Assembly: GCA_964016885.1 (NCBI GenBank) | Contig: CAXHJY010001256.1 | Coordinates: forward strand, 1-64,000 | Length of the DNA stretch: 64,000 nt | Reading direction: 5' to 3' | Source of the DNA: Eledone cirrhosa | Lineage: Eukaryota | Shown: piece by piece, positions 26,002-39,000 of the stretch | Layout: every line of letters begins with the position of its first letter | How positions within the stretch are numbered: the stretch's first letter is position 1 | The notes under the pieces: model-generated | Database searches by the model: none | The model's input: only the letters and a program-made list of their open reading frames with translations | Told to the model about the DNA's origin: nothing | Made by a program: the position numbers and the translations under genes

Positions 26002-29000
26002 TGTACATATATGATATATATATTGCCTGAATGCATCTTTTAATAAAGATTTATAAAATTATTTGGTTAAATTCCCTCTAAACCAATTTTTGTTAAATTT
26101 AATGTCTTATTAAAATTAGAATGATGGGGATTGTGTGTAAATCATAAGTATAGATAGATTTTGCAATTTTTGAAAAATCATGTGAAAATTCCTCAACAAA
26201 ATAAGTTTAAGAAGCATTAGTTTTGAAGCTCAAGCTGACATGAAATACAGTTGGGCCCAAGCCTCAGAGTTGAAGTGTTTTTATGCTGCTAATGTAGAAC
26301 ATTGTAAATATCCCACACAAATTATAAACTGAAAATGTAGCTGGGAGGACCACTTAAATGTATCAGCAGAGTTGTTACAAGTGGTTAGGATATGCAAAAG
26401 GTATTGTGCTAGAAACCCAATCAACCCACTCTACCATGGAGAAAAACATAAATTTACAGTGTTGATTATTTTTTAAATTATTTTAGCAGGAATGCCTTAC
26501 AGTATTTAGTTACATCTCTCTTCATTCTGTGTTTAAATCTCACTATGGTGAGTTTTGCCTGTATCCTTCTTGAGTCAATAAAAAAAGTACAAGTCAAGTT
26601 GTGGACTCAATATAATCGAATATACCCTCTTCTAGATTTGAAGCACAGTGCCTATGCTATAAATCATTATTTTGATTCTCCAGATTCTACATTCTAAAAT
26701 CTAATATATACTATAGTCTTTGCTTGACCCCTGTCTTTGTGAGGTAATTGGGTTGATGGACACTGTTTAAAAGCCCGTCAGATGGATTGTACCTGTAATT
26801 CAGTGGCCAACATTGTCACACAGTGATATGTTGAATCTGAAGGTATTTATGTCTGTGGAAAGCTCAGCCACTTATATTGTAATATAAGATGTACTGTACT
26901 GGTAACTCAAAAGGCCAACTATTGTCTTATGCTGAATCCCCCTGGTAATTACATTAAGGGTACATGTCCCTGTGAAAAGCTCAGCCACTTGCCTGTTAAT
27001 TTCACAAGCCGATTGTTCTTTTAATCAAACAACTAGAACACTCATTATTGAAACTGACCGGGATCCATTCTGGTATCAACAATGTGACATGTTTTGAAAA
27101 TTATCATCATCATCATTTACATCAGCTTTCTATACTGACATGCTTTAGAAGGATTGTTATGGTCTTATTTGGAGTTTCTACCTTTCTTGGCAGGTCAGGA
27201 AATCACATCATGCTCAATATTGTCCAAATTACTTTTTTTTGTTGCTTTTCTAGATTTTTCAGAACAAATAAGTCCATGAGAACTTACATAATATACTTAA
27301 CTAATTCAAATGCTTTTTTCCCCCTTTTTCCAGGGCAACAAAGGAGGGGTGGCTGTTAGAATGACAATCCATAGCACTTCGTTGTGTTTCATAAATTCTC
27401 ACTTGGCTGCTCATCAGGAAGAATTTGAACGTAGAAACCAGGTAATGTTTCATATAGCACAGTATGGAGATTTAAGGTTTTGGTAAGAAATTAGGATTTG
27501 TTAGAATGTGCATACACATAGACACACACACATAGCTGTTTATTTTTCCCTACTTTTTAATTGTGCAATGTCTTGTGTAAATGTTAAGTTGTTTAGCAAT
27601 GATATGAGGTGATAACTATTAAAAAATATAGACATTGATTGGAGAGAGACAAACTGAATTGGCAAAGTCATTAGACTATTGTAGTAGTCGTTTCACTTTC
27701 CTGTGTTCCATTTTCATATCCCATTGAGGTCAACTTTCCTTCCATACTTTCAGGCCTGTTTCTGGTGAGGAAGGGGGATGCACACTGGATGGTACTCCCC
27801 ACACGTACACAGACACACACACTTTACCTTTCAATGGGGTACCTTCAGATGGGTAAAAATCAGCTGTGTTCAGACCTGGTAAGGTGATGGGCTCCACCAG
27901 GTTTCAAGTGCAGAAGACTTAACATAGATTTAAAATAACAAATTGGCATGACTGTGCCCCTACAATTTTATCAAGAGTTACAGTTTCATACATACATAGA
28001 TTTAAAAGTACAATAAAACTATCTAAAAACAGTTTTATTGAGATACTTACCCAAGAACTCAATGTTATTTCTAAAAAATATTTTTTTAGAAAGAACACTG
28101 AGTCACTGAATGTTATTATTTGTTTTTGTTTTGTTTTTTTCTCTCCAGGACTACAGAGATATTGTCAGCCGTCTTCGATTCCGGCAGTTTGTTCCCCATC
28201 TTACTATGAATGATCATGAGTATATAAACTGTTTTATTCTCTCTATTCATTTCTCCTTATCTCCCTCTCTCCTAGAGGATCATTGGAAATTATTATAAAT
28301 ATGTTTACATCCTTATTAAGGATTAAATCCCAGAAAACAATGTTTTTCAGAGACTTCTCTTGTACATTCATTCTTTTCCAAATAGGAGAGTGTGTTGAAG
28401 CAACTTGCAGTAAGCTAAAATACATTCATAATCCTTAAAGTTGAAGTTTTTCTTGAGCTTACTCAGAGTACAAAGTTAGTTCAATGTTAATGCTGCTGAT
28501 ACTATTTCTTCAGCTGATAAGTGAACTGGAGCAATATGAAGTGATTTACCTTGCTCAATACATTTCCTGGATCCAAGGATCAAACCCACAACCTCGTGAT
28601 CACAAAACCAAGCACTAGACTGTGTGTCTTCCAATACAATTTTACTCCCTGCTTTTTTTTTTTTTCTAAATTTCTGCTACCACACTGTTGGGCTAGACAT
28701 TTGGACCAGGTCTCCAGACTGAGGATACCATCCTCTCTCTTTCCCTGATAAAACAGTAGAAAAAAAGTGAGGCTAGAGATGGTGTATATATCAACTAGGA
28801 CTATATCAGTGGTGAAATGCAAACTCAAAATCTTTAAACGAGTAGCATGAGGGCTAATGTCATTTTTACATGTGTTTGGCAACTTCTTCACTTCTCTCAT
28901 GTAATTGAAGTGTACAAGCGTCAGCTGAAAAGTTCATAGGTTGACTATGAAGGATTGATGTTAGAGCTGTGAAATCTTGTATACATTAATTTCAATTCTT

Positions 29001-29841
29001 CTTATTAATAACTGCATTGTTTCTTTCCAGGGATTATGTTGAAAAATAAACCTCATTTGGTCATTCCATGAGAGTATCTTGGTCAGGTTATGAACTTTTT
29101 AGCTGACCCCAGGTTCTGGTGAATGAGGGAGTTTGAGGCTGCTGCTCTTGTGTGATCCTTATTCTAGATGGGGAGGGTGGGACTTTTGACACTGCCAATA
29201 ATTTATCTATGTTTTTTTACTATCTAGAGTTATCTTTTGGATTGGCGATTTAAACTACCGTTTATCAGAGATTGATATCAATGACGTGAAGAAGTACATT
29301 GATAGCAAAGTTTACTCCAAACTCTTTCCTTATGATCAGGTTAGTATAATGATGATGATGATCATCATCATCGGTTTTTACATCCACATTTCTATGTTGG
29401 CATGGGTTGGACGGGATGGTTTGAGACAAGGTTTTACAGCTGGATACCCTTTCTGACACCAGCTCTTTTAGTTGCATCTTAAAGCATGTAGGGATACAGT
29501 ATACCTCTTTTAAAACCTGGGATACGCATGGCCTAATCACTGCAATAAGGATTATTTATGTCTCAAATCATCTCTGTATTACCCTCAATCATCATCATCA
29601 TATGTCTATTTTCCATGATGGTATGGGTTAGATGGGTTGTCACATTAAGATTTAGCTGGTCAGATAACGATGCTTTGCTCATAGTTTCCATTTTTGGTAT
29701 GGTTTCTATGGCTAGATACCCTTCTGAATGCTGACCACATTACAATGTATATTGGGTGCATTTTATTATGGAACCAACACTACCACACACACACACTCAC
29801 TCACACACACTCACTCACACTTATACACACACACGGTCACA

Positions 29842-29891
<50 letters not shown>

Positions 29892-31921
29892 CTCTCTCTC
29901 TCTCAGTTTAATATGAAACAGAGGGCTTTAGAATCCCCTTCGTACATTCAAAATATAAATAGTAAATGTTTTCATTTTTTTTTTCTTCCTCTGTTTATAT
30001 GTACACCTCCTGCCAACATTTCTCTTCTATTAATTTCTTACATCTGTCCTGATATTTTCAGCTCTATAAACAACTGGCTAAGTCAGATGTATTCGTCGGC
30101 TTTACAGAAGGTGAGATTTCCTTTAAACCAACATATAAATATGATACAGGCACGGATAACTGGGACTCCAGGTAGGATTCTATATGAAACTTATTTTCAT
30201 CACCTTATATTTTCTTTTCCATATTATGCATTGCACTACTACTTTGCCCCAAAGATCAGTATCACACTATCATCTCCATTTCTTCTCCATGTCATCTTTC
30301 TCACATCTATTTATAATTTATCTCCCAAATTGGCAGATAAAATGCTTTGCAGTATTTGTTCCAGCTCTCTACGCTCTGAGTTAAAATCCCGCCATGGTCA
30401 AGGTTGATAAAAAAACGTACCAGCACAGTACTGTGGTCAATTCTTCCTCTATATTCTTTCTCACTTCCTGTCTATTACTCTCTTTCCTTCTCTGAAAGAA
30501 GTGAGCAGAGTTCAAACCTAGAGGGGATGTGCTACACCAGATATAAAATGCACATGAAAATCTGTATATCATTACAGTGTCCCTATAACTCTACCAGGCG
30601 TTACGGCTTCATACATATATACATCTCCCATAACTTAGCAGTTTGATAAATGACGTATCAGACTTAAAAAACAACAAATACTGGTTGATTTGAATGACTA
30701 AATCTCTTTAAGGTGGTGCTCCATATATATATGTGTGTTTGTCTGTATAAAATAACTGTATTAACAGTTGATCATTATAAATAGTAATTGAGGAAATTAC
30801 CTAAGATGGTTGCCTACAATGTGGACTGGGCACTTTTTGTCATGTCACCAACACGACTACAGTAATACTCATTTTATTGATGATACATGCACATTATATA
30901 GTTATCTTCATTATCATTGTTTAACAGTGATGATAATGTGTGTATGTGTATGATTCATAAAATAAGTACCAGACTTTAAAAATAAATACAGGGTTCGATA
31001 TGATAGACTAAATCATTTCAAAGCATAGCTTCAACATAGCTATAGTCTAATGACAGAAACCAGTAAAAGAATGACTCTTGTGAGCAGTTTCAATCTCAGC
31101 ACTAGAAAATATCAACTATTTCTTTCTCTCTCATTAGCTCCTCAATATCTTACTACCATAACCCAATAAGGAAGCCTCCACGTGGTCATTCTGCATGCTA
31201 GAAGGATCAACAAAATCTTTCACAAATCCTACCAAAATAAAAGGACACGCTGGATAATGTAGTTTTAGATATACAAAAAAAAAGGATAGTAATGGCTGGG
31301 AATGCTTTTGTTCCTAGACTGAATCAAAGTTGGGAAGGGGGGTTAAATAGCATCAACCATCATTTCAGTCCACTGTACCCCACTCTCATTGTTTCATTTA
31401 CCACTGCCATCTCTACTCCACTGCACCTCCAACACCACAATCAGCTCTACATTCTGACATACATAAAAACACACACCACACCTCTTTCTGTTAAATTTAA
31501 ATGTTTGTTTCTGCCATCTCTACTCCACTGCACCTCCAACACCACAATCAGCTCTACATTCTGACATACACAAAAACACACACCACACCTCTTTCTGTTA
31601 AATTTAAATTTTTGTTTGTCTGAAGTTGATGCTAATTTTTACTTCCTGCTACCTTTATCACATTACACACATACCATTGACCCACTTGGGGAATCAAACC
31701 AGTTCCTGCACACATACACGTATGTATGCGTATATATATATGTTTGTATGTATGTATATATATATATATATATTAGGATATGTGTTTAAAATATCGTAGT
31801 GATTAAGATATTTAAGCAGTATCTGAATGAGCACTCAATACTCATGGGTACTGTGTAGAAATTTATTTTCTAAATAAAAAAAAATGGCAGTGACTTAGAA
31901 GTTTCAGCTTGGTCACTTCAC

Positions 31922-31979
<58 letters not shown>

Positions 31980-33061
31980 CAGTTAAAACAGCAAAACAGA
32001 ATACAGTAAAAATTGAGAATATTAGTTTAATGCTGAGATGTGAGAAAAAGTTAGTCCATAATGTTTCAAGTTATTAGATGGTAAAGTGGGAAAGAAAAAT
32101 TGTAGGAAAGTACGAAAAATATAAAAACAGGAAGAGAGTGAACAATGAAGTGTGTGTATCGTTTCTAAGCCAGTTTGTGTATAGTTGCCAAGACTGTCAT
32201 CATCATTTAACATCCATTTTCCCTGCTAACATGGTTGCCTAAACATGTATGTGTGTGTGTGTCTGTATAAAATATCTGTAATAACAGTTGATCATTATAA
32301 ATAGTAATTGAAATTACTCATAGATATGAAAAATGTGGGAAGAGGTGCCTATACATACATATAGTCACAGTTCTGAATAAATAGATTAATCTAATTTTTA
32401 TTGTATATGTTTTATTGTTTGGTTTGTTTTTCAAATTATATTTCATCAATTTTAGTGAAAAGTGCCGTGCTCCTGCCTGGTGTGACCGTATTTTATGGAA
32501 AGGTTCTGCTGTCTATCAGAGTTGTTACAGATCTCACAATGAACTGAAAATAAGTGACCACAAACCTGTCAGTTCCATCTTTGATGTTGGTGTAAGTATA
32601 TTCTCTGGATTTCTTTTTTTTCTCATCATTCTCTATTTCCCTCTCCCATGTAAACAATATTATGTATGTAGATATGTATGTGTGTGTATATATATATGTG
32701 TGTGTGTATATTGAGATATGTATGTTCAGCAGGGAAAACAAACATTAAATAGTGAAGTCGATGTATGTATGTGTATATTGACTGGATGACTAATAACTAA
32801 GGCAGAATTTAACCCTTTAGTATTTACATTACTCTATATATGCTATTATATTTTCATAGTAAAGATTTTACCTCACATAGTATCAAATCTATGAGATTTT
32901 GATATTATTTATTTTTAGAACAATACCTTCACATCAGTATGAGCAGCTGGTTACAGCCAGTTTGAACAGAAAGAGATGAGAGAATTCAGGCCAGATATGG
33001 CCGGTTTAAATGCTAAAGGGTTAAACAATTCAATATTTAATGGTGTCTGTTTATGTTACAC

Positions 33062-33097
<36 letters not shown>

Positions 33098-36000
33098 TGC
33101 GTTACTTCAGAAAATATATGACAAGTGAATATAAAGTTTTCCTGTGTATTTTGATATGGCTAAACTAACTCTTCCATATTCAGTTGCTTTAGTTTGATAT
33201 AGCTAAACTAACTCTTCCATATTCAGTTGCTTTAGTTTGATATAGCTAAACTAACTCTTCCATATTCAGTTGCTTTAGTTTGATATAGCTAAACTAACTC
33301 TTCCATATTTAGTTGCTTTAGTTTCAACACACAATCTCAAATCAAGTCACTTGCCAAACAAATACAACTTGTTATTTTATAACTAGTATAAGTTACTTTA
33401 TTACAAATTCTTTTTTATTTTTGTTTTCATTATGAAGAAATGGAGTTAAAAAATTCAATCCTGTGCTTCCTCTTCTGTGTTTCTTCTTCTCCTCCTCCTT
33501 CTGAGAGGGTTGTGATGGCAGAGTCTTCAACCACTCCTTTCAGTGGGTCCTGTCAGAAGCAACCATCTCCAACTGATCCAGCTGGATTCCCAACCGAGAC
33601 CAGCCAAGCTCATGGATGTTATTCAATCATCTTACTCGGAGTTCTACCCCTGGGTTTACTGCCAGTTTGTTTTGCCCGTAAAATCTGACCAGCAATTCTT
33701 TCCTGAGACATTCTAACCACATGCCCATAGTATTGGAGCTGTGATCTCTCAATTTGGAGAAGTAGCAGCTTACCTGGAGTGAATCTCTGATCTCCAAGCT
33801 GCGCACTCAATCGAGTAACGTTACTCCGACGACCCTTCGGAGGAACCCCATTTCAGCTGCTTGTATTCGTGATCGTATTCTTTTGGTCATTACCCAAGAT
33901 TCATGACCATAGGTAAGGGTTGGCACAAATACCGAATTGAAGATAGCGAGTTTGGCTTTTACGCCTACCTCCCTTCTTCTGATTAATAAATGCTGAAGCT
34001 GGCACATTACTACACCAGCTCCTGCTATTCTTGCACTTAATTCAGCCTCCTGCTTTCCACCACTTGTGAACACAGCCCTGAGATACTTGAACTACTCTAC
34101 TTACTTCAGTGGAACTTCATTTATATGTAGAGTGCACTGCACATGCTTCCTTGAGAGGACAAGCGTCTCAGTTTTCACCAGACTGATTTTCATTCCAGCC
34201 ATGCAGGACTTGGCATCAAGCCTATCAAGTGCAAGTCAGAGATAACCTTCTGTCGAGTTAAGTAACACCATGTGGTGAGAGCTGATCACAGTGTACTGAA
34301 CCTCACACAATAGGTGATGAAGGAATACAACGGATAGAGGAAATCTGTGGTGGAGAAGTTTTAATCCAACTATAATAGCATGGAAAAGTAGACTAAATAA
34401 TGGTGATAATGATACACACACACATATACTCACATGAGTTTCCAATCTGTTGAAAATGGGATTCCCAGTTTTCTCTCTCAATACTGTATACGTTTTTAGA
34501 TGCACAAATAAAAGATGATGTTTATCATTTCAGTTGAAAGTTATTGATGAAGAAAAATCCAAAAAGGTTTATGAAGACATCATGAAGCGATTAGACAGGC
34601 TTGAAAATGAATACTTACCTCAAGTTAATATTAATATTACAGAGGTGAGTAGATCTATCTCCCTACTAACCATTTCCAGTTACTTATTGGTAAAATAAAT
34701 AAAAACAAAAAGTTGTTGTTAACATATGTTTAAACATTTTCCCATTCATTTCTTTCTAGATCAACTTTGAAGAAGTCAGATTTTATGAATCAAAGAAACA
34801 AAAAGTGGTTGTAACTAATACTGGCCAGGTGAAACTTTTTATCCTAATTTTTTCTTCCTTAACAACAATTGATAATTGTTTTTTTCTTTTTTTCTGGTGT
34901 ATTTTTTCTGGTTTATTTGAAATAAAATGATCCTTTCATTTCTTTTATTAGGGGCCAGTTGAATTTGAGTTCATAAAAAAATTAAATGGAAACAGTTATT
35001 GCAAACCATGGTTAAAGATTACCCCATTCAAAGCATTTATTAAGCAAGGTAAGAACATTGTTTTGTCCTTTATTCTGTCTATATTACTTAGCTCTGAAAA
35101 TCTTTTACTTTTAATTAGAACTAGTTACATGATTTTTTTTCCATTTACAAAAGGCTTCTCCCTCAGAATGAAAGGCAGACTGTATGATGCATGTATCCGA
35201 ACAGCGATGTTGCATGGTAGTGAGACCTGGGCGCTGAAGGTGGAAGACTTACGTAGATTAGAGAGAAACAAAGCCTGCATGCTCCGATGGATGTGTAACA
35301 ATAATATACGGGAACGGCAAAGCATAAATGAATTGAGAGAGAGACTGAGCATAAGAGGAATCAAATGCTGTGTGCAGGAGAGGCGGTTGCGCTGGTATGG
35401 ACATGTGATGCGTATGAAGGATGACAGCTGTATAAAAAGGTGCAGAGCACTAGAAGTTGATGGAAACCGCGGAGTGGGGAGACCCAAGATGACCTGGGAT
35501 GAGGTGATAAAAGCCGACCTTACCCAATTACACCTCTCAAAGACAATGACACACGACCGTGACTTCTGGCGTCGCGCAGTAATACAGAGTTCCCGACCTC
35601 CCATGGGTACAAGCTGAAGCATATAAACAATATGCCCCCACACCCCCCACCGCAAGGTGGTCGTGGAGGTGCCACAGCAAAAAAGCACCCAGCCCACACT
35701 GTAAAGTGGACGTGTAGGCGCCACGAAAAAGCACCCAGCACTCACTGTAAATGAGGTTGGTGTTAGGAAGGGCATCCAGCTGTAGAAATCAAGCCAGATC
35801 AGCTCCTGTATGAGCAAGGCATGGTCAGCCGACCAGACACTGCCCACAACAGGACAACCCGTCTAACCCATGCTAACGTGGAAGAACAGACGTAAAACGG
35901 TGATGATGATGATGATGAGATAACTCGGTCAATCTCTCAACTGGCTCTTGTAAAATGGATTCAGTCTTCTATTCAGAAGGCTCTACTGTTAGATTGGTCA

Positions 36001-39000
36001 CCCCACCATTCATGAGGGGGAATTCATCTTCAATGTAGTCATGCCAAGGCCCTTCCTGGTATAAATGGCAAGATAGATTGTTGAAAAACATGGATTGGCA
36101 TGAATAAGTCGGATTATGAGCTAATATCGAGTTCTCCCATATGTAGTGTCCACTATTGGACTTGTGACTGGCTGACAAAAATCAGACATCCGTGATGGCC
36201 ATGCATGTGCAACCTCCATTCAAGATGTGAATTTACTGGTTGAAGCAGGCTTAACCCATCCTGATTGAACGCCAACATAAGTACATATAAAGGGAGTTAA
36301 TTTATTTTTTACTTAGATTACTTCTAACCTATATTACAACAATATATTCCTACCTCATCACTCTACAAAATATCAATTTTATTAAGTGCTTGCAAGATAC
36401 TCCATTACTACCAACTTACTGAACAAAAGACCATTTGGTCAAATATTACTACAGCCATTGTGTAAATTATTTATATGTTTCTGCTACAAAATCTATATTT
36501 CTATGCCATTATCTATTGAAAAGCTTTATGATAATGAGAATTTGTATATGAATTGACAAAGTGGATGTTTTTACAAGCTATTTGCCCTTCCTAAAACTTG
36601 CTACTTGAATATGATTTCGACAGCTTGTCTCGCTGACGGAGCGACAGACTTGCCAAGCACTCACAGCACTTTACTAGCTGAACAATGTGATAGAAGACCA
36701 AAAAGCATCTCTTGCTTTCTAAAGAGGAGGCACATGGCTTAGTGGTTAGAGCATTGGCCTTGCAATCGAAAGGTTGTGAGTTCAATTCTCAGACCGGGTG
36801 ATGTGTTGTTTCCTTGAGCAAGACACTTTATTTCACATTGCTCCAGTTTACTCAACTGTAGAAATGAGATGATAAGGACTGGGGTCCCTATCATTCCACT
36901 GCAAAGTGGTCGTGGAGGTGCCATGGCAAAAAAGCACCCAGCACTCACTGTAAATGAGGTTGGTGTTAGGAAGGGCATCCAGCTGTAGAAATCAAGCCAG
37001 AATCAGTTCCCGTCCCACCCTTGCAAGCAGGGAAAAAGCGGACGTAGAATGAAATGATGAACAATGGTCTAATAGCAGCACTGCGCGTCAGTGAGGACAC
37101 TTTGAACAGACTCTTCTGGAAGGCTTTCAAGTCAAGAATTATGGACAATTTTCAAAAATCCTTGACATGACAGTGACCTTTTCCTTTACTTGATGTAAAT
37201 CCCACTCTGTGTTGTTTTTGTCCTTGTATTGTCCCCAATGTCTTTGGACCCTCTTAGCCAATAAAAGAACCATTAATAATAATTGGCATGATTTTATTTG
37301 TATTGCAGGTGGTGTGCAGGAGGTGGAGTTAGAGGTGTATGTAGATGAAGATACTGTTTCTAAACTAAACAGTCTTAATGATAAAATTGAAGACATCTTG
37401 GTGCTACACCTTGTGGGTGGAAAAGATTGTTTTATATCCTTTTACTAGCTTTTATTGTTGAATATCATAAGATGATAACAATAAATGGAGTTTCATACTT
37501 CATATAGTATTTTGTTGTCATCTGTATGTTTTGGGTCAGCTATTTAAGTTTCTCTTTAAAATCATACAAATTAAACATTTTTATTGCTCTTATTTTAACT
37601 TATCCTTTTGATATGAATCTGCCCGATTCTATGATACAAAGATGTTTATTTTAAAGTGTTCATATTTAAATTTAAACCTTCCTTCATATTTCTATATAAG
37701 AAATTTTCGTCAACTTATAAAAAAGTTAAGTGTATTACAAACTCCTGCTTCCTCAAATTCTTGACTATATTGAGAATCAATAGAAAATCATAAGCAGTTT
37801 GTTTTTTCTTTATTAGAAATATAGTAGTAAAGTAATTCAAGCTCTCTTTTGTCATGGTTAACCATGTGTTTACACCTGGAAAATTCCTCTTCAAGGTACA
37901 AGCCTGGGCAAGGTGTTTTGTGGAAGAACAGCTATTAGTAATGTAAGCAAGTCTCCTTCCTTATCTTATGTTGGTTTACTAAGAAGTGAAATATGTTAAA
38001 ATGACATTAAACCTGGATGTTAGGTTCACACCATGTCTCTTTCTCATTGTCCTGGCCCCAAAAAAATGTCAATCTAAACTGCTTTGCACTATATATTTTA
38101 TTTACAGTTTTGGGGAAACTTTTTTTCTTAACCTATGTACATCACAGTATCAGGTAATTTCATTCCAACCAGTTTTGGATCATCAATAGAAGCTCTTATT
38201 CAAATGCAGCAACCAATCCGAGAAGTGCCTGTGGCCCAACTAGTAGATTTGGTAAGTGATGTCATTTTCTTTTGTTTTTTGTATGAAAAGGAGGGTGGTC
38301 TCAACTTTCTCCATTCTGTTTAGGAATCATCATCATTTTATGTCTGCTTCTTTCACTGGCATAGTTTGAACGGGTTGTCATGTCTGAGACTAGATGGGTC
38401 AAAGTAACCTCATCTTGATCATAGGTTCAGTATTTGACATGGTTTTTATGGCTTGAGTCTCCTCCTAATGCCAACCATCATATTGGGTATGTTTTGTTAT
38501 TTTTGTAACACCAACAGAGGTTGTCACATATTTGTCCAGATTGAAGTCTTGAGACATCCAATGCCTTAAAGTGGTGGTAAGGCATTGACAAAGTTAGCTC
38601 CAGAATCATCAGTCAACCATTATATATATATACACACACACAGACACATCACTGCTTGCTTTAAATGATGTTGATATGAACATGCACACATTTATATATG
38701 ATGGGCTTCCTCATAGTTTCTGTCTTCCAAATTCACTCACATGGCATTGGGTAACCTTCGGCTATATTAGAAAACATTTGCCCAAGGTGCCACGCAGTAT
38801 GATTGAATCCAAAACCAAGTGATGGCAGTATCGGTAGAGGGTCAGACGCCATGCTTTCCAGCATAGTTACGTCCCTTTACGGTCTGAGTTCAAATCCCGT
38901 CAAGGTTAACTTTACCTTTCATCCTTACGGGGTCAATAAAATAAAGTACCAGTAATGCACTGTGTAATTGCTGGCCTTGTACCAAAAGTAGAAACAATTA

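Noticed and set aside
28220-29227. Third U12 intron (donor GTATAT)
   Set aside because: Lacks the ATCCTT consensus and a U12 branch site; weak U2 donor.
29694-30407. 237-aa ORF
   Set aside because: Runs through a (CA)n repeat and overlaps the real exon in another frame.
33153-33324. CRISPR-like array
   Set aside because: No unique spacers and eukaryotic context; simple minisatellite.
37595-37615. Second U12-like donor (TTATCCTTTTGAT) inside the AT-AC intron
   Set aside because: First base is wrong; better explained as the decayed end of a TTAA MITE.
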